Positions 50,134-58,437 of a stretch of DNA of 64,000 bases are shown here, in pieces (within the stretch, counting starts at the first letter, position 1; each line of letters opens with the position of its first letter). Under the pieces are notes generated by a model that did not search any database, was not told the DNA's origin, and worked only from the letters and a program-made list of their open reading frames with translations. A program made the translations under genes and the position numbers. Origin of the DNA: Patescibacteria group bacterium (lineage in GTDB: Bacteria; Patescibacteriota; WWE3; CG2-30-40-12); assembly GCA_018817085.1 (NCBI GenBank), contig JAHIUT010000038.1:9441-73440 (forward strand), read 5' to 3'.

Positions 50134-51267
50134 ATGAATGAATTATTGGTTGAATGGACATTGTTAAGGGAACAAGATTATTTGAATAAATGCCTTGGTC
50201 TTGATTTAAAAAAGAAAATTCTTCAACAATTTTCTACTGAATATGGAAGAATTGATTTTGCCCACGAATTAAGTGATGGGTCAATTGCAATTACAGAACT
50301 TGAAACAATCATTGATAATAAAGCTAAGCTTGAGTATTGTCAATTTCAAACTCTTGAGTATTCAAAAATCATTTTTCAAGAAAAGAAAAAACCAATTATT
50401 ATAGTTTTAATTGCAGATGAAACCCCAAACAAATTCAAAACACAATTAAAAACTTTTGCTGATAAGAATGATTTTCTTCTCAAAACCTATTCTATTTATA
50501 TTGTAAACAGCTATTATAAGCAACTGATTGAAGAGGCGGTTAAAAATTCTGGGGTGCCACTTATTAGACCTGTTGCGAATAATTTCACTCACCTTTCTTG
50601 TCTTAATAGATTTATTCTTCCATTTTATGATTTGGAAAAAGATGAATTGAAGAGAGAGGATTTTATAAACTACTTTAATTTAAAAAAAAATAAAGCGGAT
50701 AGCCACTTTAAAGTTCATAAACAAATGGCTGAATATTTTCAGTTAATTGAAGATATATCAACAACCAAACAATTTAGCAGGGTTTGTCTTACTGGATACG
50801 GAAAGAGATTTCGTGATAATTTGAATTATGAATTTGCACTTGTAAAGAGATCTTTAAAAGTAGGGGTTAAACGAATTGATTTAAGCATTGAGCAAAGAAG
50901 GATTTTACTTGAAAGTTTGATGAACGGAAACATTGGGGATTTAAAAGGTAAAGTCAACTTGCTTTACTTCTTGCGTTTTGTTTATTTGACTGAAGGTACT
51001 TGGGTTCCGAGAGGAAGAACACTAGATAAACAGAAATTAGAATTTGCAAACAGTTTCCTTGGAACAAATTATTCTCAGATAACTCTTTGTAATTGGCTTA
51101 ATTTCGTCTGCACTCATTCAGAAGAATTAGGTTTAATAGAAAGAATAAGAACAAATGCTGAATATGATAGAGTGATTCTTTCAAGCTTAGGTTCAAGAGT
51201 TTTAGGTTTTATTGAGATGGATTTACATTTAAAGAGAGAACGAGCACAAATTCCTTTACAGCTATGA
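50134..51267 (+). CDS. Putative endonuclease (N-terminal PD-(D/E)XK-like, C-terminal winged-helix-like)
   Basis: YGRIDF...ITELET; later LTGYGKRF and LSSLGSRV wing motifs; AT-rich. Confidence 0.5.
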   Translation: MNELLVEWTLLREQDYLNKCLGLDLKKKILQQFSTEYGRIDFAHELSDGSIAITELETIIDNKAKLEYCQFQTLEYSKIIFQEKKKPIIIVLIADETPNKFKTQLKTFADKNDFLLKTYSIYIVNSYYKQLIEEAVKNSGVPLIRPVANNFTHLSCLNRFILPFYDLEKDELKREDFINYFNLKKNKADSHFKVHKQMAEYFQLIEDISTTKQFSRVCLTGYGKRFRDNLNYEFALVKRSLKVGVKRIDLSIEQRRILLESLMNGNIGDLKGKVNLLYFLRFVYLTEGTWVPRGRTLDKQKLEFANSFLGTNYSQITLCNWLNFVCTHSEELGLIERIRTNAEYDRVILSSLGSRVLGFIEMDLHLKRERAQIPLQL

Positions 51268-51534
51268 GAACAGGAAAATTCTTCATTACGGAGGAAGATT
51301 ATAAGTTGATTGCTTCTACTCCTGAAAAGGAGTGCTGGATTTGCGATGTATTAATTAATAGTGTCCGGGTAAATCAAAAAGGGATTTATCTTACGAAGAA
51401 GGCGCTATTAGATGAGGGAATAGCTGAACATCTTATGCAAATTGTAAAAAGGGATATAGTTTTTATTTAATCTTGATGTTTTTAAATACAAGGAAGGTGA
51501 TGTAAATTTAGAAAAAACTTATTATGTTGAATAG
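51264..51534 (+). pseudogene. Small ORF (51264-51470), possibly a frameshifted remnant extending to 51534
   Basis: ATGA-coupled to the upstream gene; another frame continues LFNLDVFKYKEGDVNLEKTYYVE after a T-run. Confidence 0.3.
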
Positions 51535-51572
51535 ATGACAGGGGGGAAATTTTGGTCTATACTTTATTTAGT

Positions 51573-52748
51573 ATGTTTAATCCTCTTTCTTTAATAAGAA
51601 AAAATAAGCGCAATAAAAGTTTTTTGGCTATAGATTTGGGTTCTTCACTAATTAAAATAAGCAGGTTTTCCTTTTTGCCGGACAATCGGCTTTTGCTTGA
51701 AGATATTTCCACCGTAAACACACCCGAAGGCGCGGTTGGTTTGGGAGTAATTACCGATTTAGATTCAACCTTTGAAGCTTTAAAAAGTTCTGTTTCTCCT
51801 TATGATAATGTTATTTTTGGTCTTTCCGGCGAAAGTGTTTTTGGGTTCGCCACTACGGTAAAAATTAAAAGACCCGCTTATGACGAAAAAATTTCCAGCG
51901 GGGAATTAAATGAAATAATAAAAAGAATACAAGAACTTGCGTTTATTGAAGCGGGTCAAATTCAATTATCCAAAATAGGTTGCGGAGAAACGGATATAGA
52001 AATGGTTAACTCCGCGGTTATCTCATCCAAAATAGATGGCGCGTTGGTTGAAGATGTTGTTGGAAAAGTTGGCAAACACATAGAAATAGGTCTTTTTACA
52101 TCTTTTGCCGAGAAGAGTGTTTTGTCGGGTCTTTTAGAGCTTTGCAAGAAATTAAAAATCAATTTCACCGCCGCTAGTTCTCAAATGTATTCCTTATCAA
52201 AATTGTTATGCGCGAACCAAAAGGGTACTTTTAACGCCGTTTTAATAGATTTTGGCGGCGATAAAACGGATGTGGGGATTTGTTATGGCGGAGGTATTGT
52301 GGCCACTAAAACATTGGATTTTGGCGGCACTCAACTTACAAAGGAAATAGCGGCAATACTTGATGTGGCGCTTAACGAAGCCGAGAAAAAGAAAGTATCT
52401 TACGAAGAAGGAACATTGGGGGCGGAGCAGATTAAAGAAATTACTTCAAAAGTTTTAAATTATTGGCTTGCGGGTATAGAAACAGTTTTAGAAAATTTTG
52501 AGGGTATTAAAGTTTTCCCGCCTAAAATTTTTATATTTGGGGGCGGGGGGTTAACTTATGATTTAATGCGGGTTTTAAAAGAACGGAGCTGGTACGAGAA
52601 CTTTCCGTTTAAATTTGTTCCCGAAGTGGAAATTGTTAGCATAGAAAAATTGTCTGATATAATAGAAGACCCTAACGGGTTTTTGAAAGATTTGCGAAAT
52701 ATAGTTCCTGTTTCTTTAGGTTTAATTGGTTTAGAAATTTTTGGTTAA
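51573..52748 (+). CDS. FtsA-like actin-fold ATPase
   Basis: AIDLGSSLIK, IDFGGDKTD, GGTQLT, AEKKK, FGGGG. Confidence 0.8.
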   Translation: MFNPLSLIRKNKRNKSFLAIDLGSSLIKISRFSFLPDNRLLLEDISTVNTPEGAVGLGVITDLDSTFEALKSSVSPYDNVIFGLSGESVFGFATTVKIKRPAYDEKISSGELNEIIKRIQELAFIEAGQIQLSKIGCGETDIEMVNSAVISSKIDGALVEDVVGKVGKHIEIGLFTSFAEKSVLSGLLELCKKLKINFTAASSQMYSLSKLLCANQKGTFNAVLIDFGGDKTDVGICYGGGIVATKTLDFGGTQLTKEIAAILDVALNEAEKKKVSYEEGTLGAEQIKEITSKVLNYWLAGIETVLENFEGIKVFPPKIFIFGGGGLTYDLMRVLKERSWYENFPFKFVPEVEIVSIEKLSDIIEDPNGFLKDLRNIVPVSLGLIGLEIFG

Positions 52749-52750
52749 AA

Positions 52751-54217
52751 ATGCAAAATATTATTGTTAACAAAACGGATGATTTATATACTTTAGCCGA
52801 AGGTATGCGAGTTTGCGAAGATACGGAGGTTGTTTTTGTTGTTTCACCCGATATCTTATTCTTGCGAAACCCACTGTCTTTCAAATTTTTGGAACGATAT
52901 GCCGAATCTTTTGGGAAAAAGATTTCTTTTGTTAATGAAAAAAACGAGGCGCTTTCTTTTGCGGAACCTAAATCTTTTGAAGATGTTCCAAAAGTTGAAA
53001 AGGAAGTTCCGAAAGCGAATCTTGCGCCAAAGACGGAACTGTCCGCTATAATAAGAAACTCTATTGGTATAATAGGCGCTCTTTTATTGTTGATAGGAAT
53101 TGGGGTTTCTGTTTGGTGGTTTTTTCCAAAAGCTAATGTAGTTATAAAAACTAACTCTGAGATGTTGGTTAAAAATGTGGATATTACGGCAAATGTTTCT
53201 GCTAATGGTGTAAACGAGAGCAATAAAGAAATTCCCGCGGTTTTGTTGGAGACGGTTAGGAAAGCAAGCGACACAATACAAGCTTCGGGAGAAAAAGAGG
53301 TTGGAGAGAAAGCAAAAGGAACGGTTACGGTGTTTAATAAAACCATCAGTAAAAAAACTTTTGGAAAAGGCACTAAACTAATTTTAATCTCCGCTGAAAC
53401 CGAAGATTTAAATTATTACTCTTTGGAAGAAGTTACGATTGAAGAAAGACAAGACCTTGCTGGAGGCATTACTTACGGTTCCGTGGAAGTTGAGGTTGAA
53501 GCCGAAAAGTATGGTTCTAACTATAATATTAAAGAAGACCAGAAATTTGAAGTGGACGACCACGATACTTCCGATTTCTTGGCTCAAAACGCAGAGGTTT
53601 TTACGGGCGGGTCTAGCAAAATAGTCCCCGCGGTTTCCGAGAAAGATAAAGAGGCGCTAAAAAGTACTTTGGAAGAACGATTAAGAGGCAATGTTAAAAC
53701 CGATTTGGAACTAAAACTTGTGGGGGAGCAAAAAATAGCCGAAAATTCAACAGGTTTTGAAACTTTTGACGAGGTGTTTGATAAAAATGTGGGTGATGAG
53801 GCGGACAAGTTAAATTTATCTTTGCAGGTTAGAGCGTATGCTTTAGCGTATTATCAAAATGATTTGGAAAATGTTGTTAAAAGTGTTTTAGAAAGGTCTA
53901 TTCCGGAACAATATTCGCTTGCGGACACCGAAACTCGTTTTGAAATAGGAGATGTGCTTGCCGATAAGCCTACCCCGTTATCCAAAGATAAAATAAGTTT
54001 GTTGGTTAAGGTTAGAAGTTTTGTGGTTCCAAAACTAAATGTGCAAGAGGTTAAAGACAATTTAGTAAATAGAAGTATTCTTGACGCTACAAAATATCTG
54101 GACGGGTTAAAAAATATAGCTTCTTATGAGTTTACCGTTTGGCCTCGTCTTCCGGGATTTTTGAGCGCAACGCCTCATATTAAATCTCGCATACAGGTTG
54201 AAATTAAAAACGAGTAA
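52751..54217 (+). CDS. Membrane protein with a baseplate J/gp47-like domain
   Basis: TM, then KAKGTVTVFN, VEAEKYGSNYNI, FTGG. Confidence 0.65.
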   Translation: MQNIIVNKTDDLYTLAEGMRVCEDTEVVFVVSPDILFLRNPLSFKFLERYAESFGKKISFVNEKNEALSFAEPKSFEDVPKVEKEVPKANLAPKTELSAIIRNSIGIIGALLLLIGIGVSVWWFFPKANVVIKTNSEMLVKNVDITANVSANGVNESNKEIPAVLLETVRKASDTIQASGEKEVGEKAKGTVTVFNKTISKKTFGKGTKLILISAETEDLNYYSLEEVTIEERQDLAGGITYGSVEVEVEAEKYGSNYNIKEDQKFEVDDHDTSDFLAQNAEVFTGGSSKIVPAVSEKDKEALKSTLEERLRGNVKTDLELKLVGEQKIAENSTGFETFDEVFDKNVGDEADKLNLSLQVRAYALAYYQNDLENVVKSVLERSIPEQYSLADTETRFEIGDVLADKPTPLSKDKISLLVKVRSFVVPKLNVQEVKDNLVNRSILDATKYLDGLKNIASYEFTVWPRLPGFLSATPHIKSRIQVEIKNE

Positions 54218-54220
54218 ATT

Positions 54221-54607
54221 ATGGCAAAGGTTTTGGGCATTGATTTTGGAAATTCGCGAATTGGACTTGCGTTGGGGGAAAAAGAGTTAGCTACTCCTCT
54301 TAAAATCATCAATGGAAAAAACTGGCACACCGTTTTGCAAACTATTAAAAAAATTATTGAAGAAAATCGCATTTCGTATATAGTTTTAGGTATTCCTGAA
54401 AAAGAAACAATCGGTGTTAATAAATTCGGGGAATTTTTAAGAGACAATATAAATACGCCTATAAAGCTTTTTAACGAGGATTTTACCTCAAAAGAAGCTT
54501 TGGAATATTCTATCCAAATGGGGTATTCTAAAAAGGGCCGAAAGTATTTGGATGATGTTTCGGCTTGTATGATTTTGGAAAGGTTTTTTGAAACCTATGA
54601 AAATTAA
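54221..54607 (+). CDS. ruvX: RuvX/YqgF nuclease
   Basis: LGIDFGNSRIGLA, VLGIP, NEDFTS, DDVSA.MILE. Confidence 0.9.
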   Translation: MAKVLGIDFGNSRIGLALGEKELATPLKIINGKNWHTVLQTIKKIIEENRISYIVLGIPEKETIGVNKFGEFLRDNINTPIKLFNEDFTSKEALEYSIQMGYSKKGRKYLDDVSACMILERFFETYEN

Positions 54608-55580
54608 AATTAAATTGCCACATTGGAAATTTTTGACCGTCGTTTTGCTATTTTTAACGGCTTTTGCGGTTTTGTATTCTTTGGGGGTGAAAAGAGCCAA
54701 CCGCTACGACTTGGGAAAAGAATCTTTTAAAGAGGTTGTTATAAACAAAGGAGCTTCAGTGGAAGAGATTTCAAAAATATTGGTTAGAGAAGACTTAATA
54801 AACTCGCGCGCTTTATTTAAATTATATGTGTATATTAGTAATAAAAGTCTTCAGGCGGGGAATTTTTATGTTCCCACGAACATAAGTGTGGTGGAGTTGG
54901 CTAATCTTTTGGGTAAAGGGAGTTTTCAGAAAAAATACACTTTTTTAGAAGGTTGGCGCGTGGAGCAGATGGCAGAGCTTTTGCCTAAAGATGTCCAAAA
55001 CGAGTTTCTTAAAAGCTCTTACACTAAAGAAGGGTTTATGTTTCCCGACACCTACTTTTTTCTGGAAAGCGCAATTGGGGAGGAAATTGCCCAAACTTTA
55101 AGCCAGACTTTTGAAGATAAAATAAAAGTTTTTGACAAGGAAATCAAGGCAAGTTCCCTTTCTTTGGAGGAGATTGTTATTTTAGCATCTATAATTGAAA
55201 GAGAAGCTAAAAGTTTTGATGAGAAGGCGACAATTGCTGGGATTTTGGTAAAAAGGTACCAAAACGGATGGCCTTTGCAGGCGGACGCTACTATTCAGTA
55301 CGCCAAGGATTTAAACGCCTTTACTTGCGCATCTTTATCCGACTGTGTTTGGTGGCGTCCGCTATTTGCCACAGATTTGGATATAGAGTCCTCTTATAAT
55401 ACATACAAATATGCGGGGTTACCTCCAACACCGATATGCAGTCCCGGACTGGAATCTATAAGGGCGGTTTTGGAGTATAAAGAAACCCCATATTGGTTTT
55501 ATTTAACGGGAAACGATGGGGTAACGCGCTTTTCCGAGACGGTAGAAGAGCAAACGGCTAATATACAAAAGTATTTGTAG
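54597..55580 (+). CDS. mltG: Endolytic transglycosylase MltG
   Basis: EGFMFPDTY, LASIIEREA, LQADAT, YNTY..GLPPTPICSPG. Confidence 0.93.
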   Translation: MKIKIKLPHWKFLTVVLLFLTAFAVLYSLGVKRANRYDLGKESFKEVVINKGASVEEISKILVREDLINSRALFKLYVYISNKSLQAGNFYVPTNISVVELANLLGKGSFQKKYTFLEGWRVEQMAELLPKDVQNEFLKSSYTKEGFMFPDTYFFLESAIGEEIAQTLSQTFEDKIKVFDKEIKASSLSLEEIVILASIIEREAKSFDEKATIAGILVKRYQNGWPLQADATIQYAKDLNAFTCASLSDCVWWRPLFATDLDIESSYNTYKYAGLPPTPICSPGLESIRAVLEYKETPYWFYLTGNDGVTRFSETVEEQTANIQKYL

Positions 55581-55638
55581 AACGATAGAAGCGTTTGTTT
55601 TTAGGGGGTCGTATCCCTATGAAATTGGATTTGTCGAT

Positions 55639-56448
55639 TCATTCTAATGGACTTTTGACATTTTTAAGTTTGGGATTAGTTACTTGCGTATAAAGTTGAG
55701 TAGTTCTAATGTTTTGATGTCCTAATAATTCTTGCACATACCGCACATCGACGCCATTTTCCAAAAGGTGGGTAGCAAAGCTATGGCGCAGACTATGAAA
55801 AGTGGCATCTTTTTTAACGCCAGATTTTTTAAAGGAATTTTCAAAAACTTTTTGAGCGGTTCTTGTGGTCAGTTTTCCACCCCGCTCACTTGAAAACACA
55901 AAATCGTTTTTTTCTTTGCCGGCAATAAGGTTTTGAATATCTGCTGATAACTTCTCTGGAAAAACACTAATTCTGTCCTTTTTGCCTTTTGCCTGCTTAA
56001 TATGAATGGTCAATTCATGAAAATCAATGTCTTGCGCTTTTAGGCTTATTGCTTCACTAACGCGTAATCCAGCGCCATAAGCAAGCGATAGAAGTAATTT
56101 ATGCTTCGTGTTTTCGGTTGCTTCAAGGATTTTTTCTATTTCACTCCTTGAAAGCACTACGGGAAGGCTTTTATTTTTCTTAGCTGATCGAATTTCTATT
56201 TTCTCATTTGTGATGTTGCGATAGTAGAATTTAACCGCATTCAGAAGCAGGTTTCTTGTTTCTGCCGATACGCCTTTCTTTTCGCAAAACAGTAGAAAGT
56301 CTTTGATGTTATCTCTATCCAATATTTCAAGATTATCCTTTTTATAAACAAAATATTCCTTGAGTCCGTAAAGGTAACTTTTTATGGTTTTGCTACTGTA
56401 ATTGCGGATTTTTAATTCCCGTTCTGTTTGCCCTAATTGTTGTTGCAT
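55639..56448 (-). CDS. Tyrosine recombinase, integron-integrase-like, short form
   Basis: N-terminal RNYSSKTIKSY SAM-like domain; catalytic set GLRVSE, KGKKDR, HSLRHSFATH, LLGH, TTQLYT. Confidence 0.92.
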   Translation of the reverse strand: MQQQLGQTERELKIRNYSSKTIKSYLYGLKEYFVYKKDNLEILDRDNIKDFLLFCEKKGVSAETRNLLLNAVKFYYRNITNEKIEIRSAKKNKSLPVVLSRSEIEKILEATENTKHKLLLSLAYGAGLRVSEAISLKAQDIDFHELTIHIKQAKGKKDRISVFPEKLSADIQNLIAGKEKNDFVFSSERGGKLTTRTAQKVFENSFKKSGVKKDATFHSLRHSFATHLLENGVDVRYVQELLGHQNIRTTQLYTQVTNPKLKNVKSPLE

Positions 56449-56485
56449 AATTGTTTTATTTTGGTAAAATAAAAACAGATCTAAC

Positions 56486-56569
56486 TTGACTAGAGATTAA
56501 CATGTGTTCGTATAATACGCAATTTAATGATGATATTATGAAAACACTTCGCCTAAAAACGAGTTAGCC
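56486..56569 (+). promoter_or_regulatory. Candidate cassette promoter, LexA-like box and attI-like site
   Basis: TTGACT-19 bp-TATAAT (56486-56516); AAC-ATGT-GTTCG (56499-56510); AAAAAC-GA-GTTAGCC core (56563-56569). Confidence 0.5.
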
Positions 56570-56634
56570 AACATCGCTGCGCTTGTTGGCTAATGTGTTG
56601 CGGATTCGCTGTTGCCTCGTCGCTTCGCGACATC

Positions 56635-56709
56635 GGCTAACAGCGGGATATACGAAATTTTTTCCCGCTTCGCAGGAAAAACCTTCGTATCATCCGCAAC
56701 ACATTATGT
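56635..56709 (+). other. attC-like site 1
   Basis: GGCTAAC-A-GCGGGATATACGAA...TTCGTATCATCCGC-AACAC-ATTATGT; core reads ATT rather than GTT. Confidence 0.65.
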
Positions 56710-56746
56710 GCCATCCATCTTTTATTATTTTTATGAGAGGAGGTGA

Positions 56747-57016
56747 GTGAATGTGAAAAAAACAAAGAAACCTTGGTTGGCCGCAATATTAAACCTTATT
56801 CTTTCCGGTGTAGGATATATTTATAACGGCAAGAGAGTAGTTTTTGGTGTGCTTATCCTAATTTCATCAGTTATCTCTTACATTGTTGAGGGTTCTGACC
56901 TTGATATCTTAAGTTCTGAAGTAAAAGTTATCGCAGTTACCGCATATCTTGTTATGGCTATAGCTTTTTCTTACGATGCATATCGGGAAGCAAAAGAGAT
57001 AAACGAGGGGGAATAG
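56747..57016 (+). CDS. Cassette-borne small membrane protein (TM2/NINE-like start)
   Basis: SD GGAGGTG, GTG start, KKPWLAAILNLILSGVGYIYNG, three hydrophobic segments. Confidence 0.8.
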   Translation: MNVKKTKKPWLAAILNLILSGVGYIYNGKRVVFGVLILISSVISYIVEGSDLDILSSEVKVIAVTAYLVMAIAFSYDAYREAKEINEGE

Positions 57017-57033
57017 AATAAAAGATGGACAGC

Positions 57034-57124
57034 GCATAACACGGGCTATACGGAAAATTTAAAACAATTTTCCCAAATCCTGCTAAAATCGGAGCAGGAC
57101 TTCGTATAGCCCGAAACGTTGTTC
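57034..57124 (+). other. attC-like site 2
   Basis: GCATAAC-A-CGGGCTATACG...CGTATAGCCCG-AAAC-GTTGTTC, perfect 11-bp stem with two internal hairpins. Confidence 0.75.
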
Positions 57125-57210
57125 GAAATAATGTGGTAACGCATTTTTCCGAGACGATAGAGGAGCAAACGGCTAATATACAAAAGTATTTGTGAGAAAA
57201 AAGAGTTGCC

Positions 57211-57260
57211 AAAAAGGGACTACCCCGTCCGCCAGCTGGCGGACGGGGTAGTCCCTTTTT
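57211..57260. repeat. Perfect 50-bp palindrome (REP-like, possible terminator)
   Basis: AAAAAGGGACTACCCCG-TCCGCCAGCTGGCGGA-CGGGGTAGTCCCTTTTT. Confidence 0.85.
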
Positions 57261-57325
57261 TAATCCTCCCGCGAGACCCCATACACATGATTGCAATTTG
57301 TGTGTTAATAGAATAAAGTAAAAAT

Positions 57326-58258
57326 GTGACGCGAAAAGAATATTTTCAAGTTATTTATGATGGGTCTGCCTTAAAATCTAACGAGATGGATGTAAGGGAT
57401 TTGGCTCCTGCTCTTCTTGCCATAAGCGACATTCTAGATGAAGCAAATAAAATAACCAATGGGGATAAAACAAAAGTTCAAGTAAATGTAAAAGGCTCAT
57501 TTAAAACGGGATCCTTCAGAATTGACTTTTCTTTAATTCAGGGCGGAATTGATGGTCTTACTTATCTTTTTAATTCAGAACAAGCTAGCGCGGCAGCAAA
57601 CTTACTTCAGATCCTAGGCTTTATTGGGGTGCCAAGCACCTTCGGACTTATTGGGCTTTTATTAAAGTTAAGAAATCGTAAGATTAAAAAAGTGGTAAAA
57701 GAGGGGCACAATAAAACTGTTATAGAAGTTGAAGATGAGAAGATTGAAACCCACCCAAAAGTAATTGCCTTGTTTTCAAATGTTAAGATTAGGATTGGAT
57801 TACAAAAAATTATTACGGAACCATTGTCTAGGGAGGGCGTAGAAAGTTTTAGTATAAAAAAAGGTGGCCAAGTTAACACAGTAAAAACCGAAGAAAAGGA
57901 TTACTTTAAACTATCAGACATACCAGATGAACCACTTAGAGATGGGGTAAGAGAGGTCTATTTGAGAGCGTTATCTGTTATTTTTGTTGAAGGGAACAAA
58001 TGGAGATTTAGCGATGGAACTAATGAGTTCTATGCTACAGTTAAAGATGAAAAATTTGTGAAAGATGTGCAGGAAAACAAAATTTCTTTCACGAAAGACG
58101 ATACCTTCAAAGTAAAATTAAGAGAGAAACAATGGATAACTGATACGGGACTTAAAACAGAACATGAAATAGAAGAAGTTATAAGCCACCGTTCTGTAGC
58201 AAAACAGATTAAATTGCCTTTTGAGGAAAATGAAAAAGACACTAAGCAAAAAGGATAA
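57326..58258 (+). CDS. Hypothetical accessory protein
   Basis: 310-aa ORF, YDGSAL..NEMDVRDLAPALL N-terminus, beta-rich C-terminus (NKWRFSDG, FTKDD). Confidence 0.8.
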   Translation: MTRKEYFQVIYDGSALKSNEMDVRDLAPALLAISDILDEANKITNGDKTKVQVNVKGSFKTGSFRIDFSLIQGGIDGLTYLFNSEQASAAANLLQILGFIGVPSTFGLIGLLLKLRNRKIKKVVKEGHNKTVIEVEDEKIETHPKVIALFSNVKIRIGLQKIITEPLSREGVESFSIKKGGQVNTVKTEEKDYFKLSDIPDEPLRDGVREVYLRALSVIFVEGNKWRFSDGTNEFYATVKDEKFVKDVQENKISFTKDDTFKVKLREKQWITDTGLKTEHEIEEVISHRSVAKQIKLPFEENEKDTKQKG

Positions 58259-58437
58259 AAAAAATTAAAGTGGGGAATATAGATTACACTTTTTGTATTT
58301 TGGGGTGGGCTGTCCCAAGAAGTGGGACAACTGAAGTTAAAATCTTTGACTGGGCAAGCGTCCACAACGGAAATATCTAAAAAGAAAAAAGTGCCAAGTG
58401 TTTTCAGCAACAAGTGGCGCTTTGTGGGTGGAGTAGG

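Larger units (their letters stand above)
55516..57193. mobile_element. Integron-like element at the mltG 3' end
   Basis: 63-bp direct repeat (55516-55578 and 57131-57193, 58/63 identical) enclosing the integrase, an attI-like site and two attC-like sites. Confidence 0.75.

Noticed and set aside
52751-54217. Baseplate-J-like gene as evidence of a prophage or contractile injection system
   Set aside because: No sheath, tube, terminase or other structural genes; the protein is membrane-anchored in a housekeeping string.
55639-56448. Integrase as chromosomal XerC/XerD or a prophage integrase
   Set aside because: It is short, has an IntI-like N-terminus and adjacent attC-like sites, and no phage genes are nearby; not excluded without a phylogeny.
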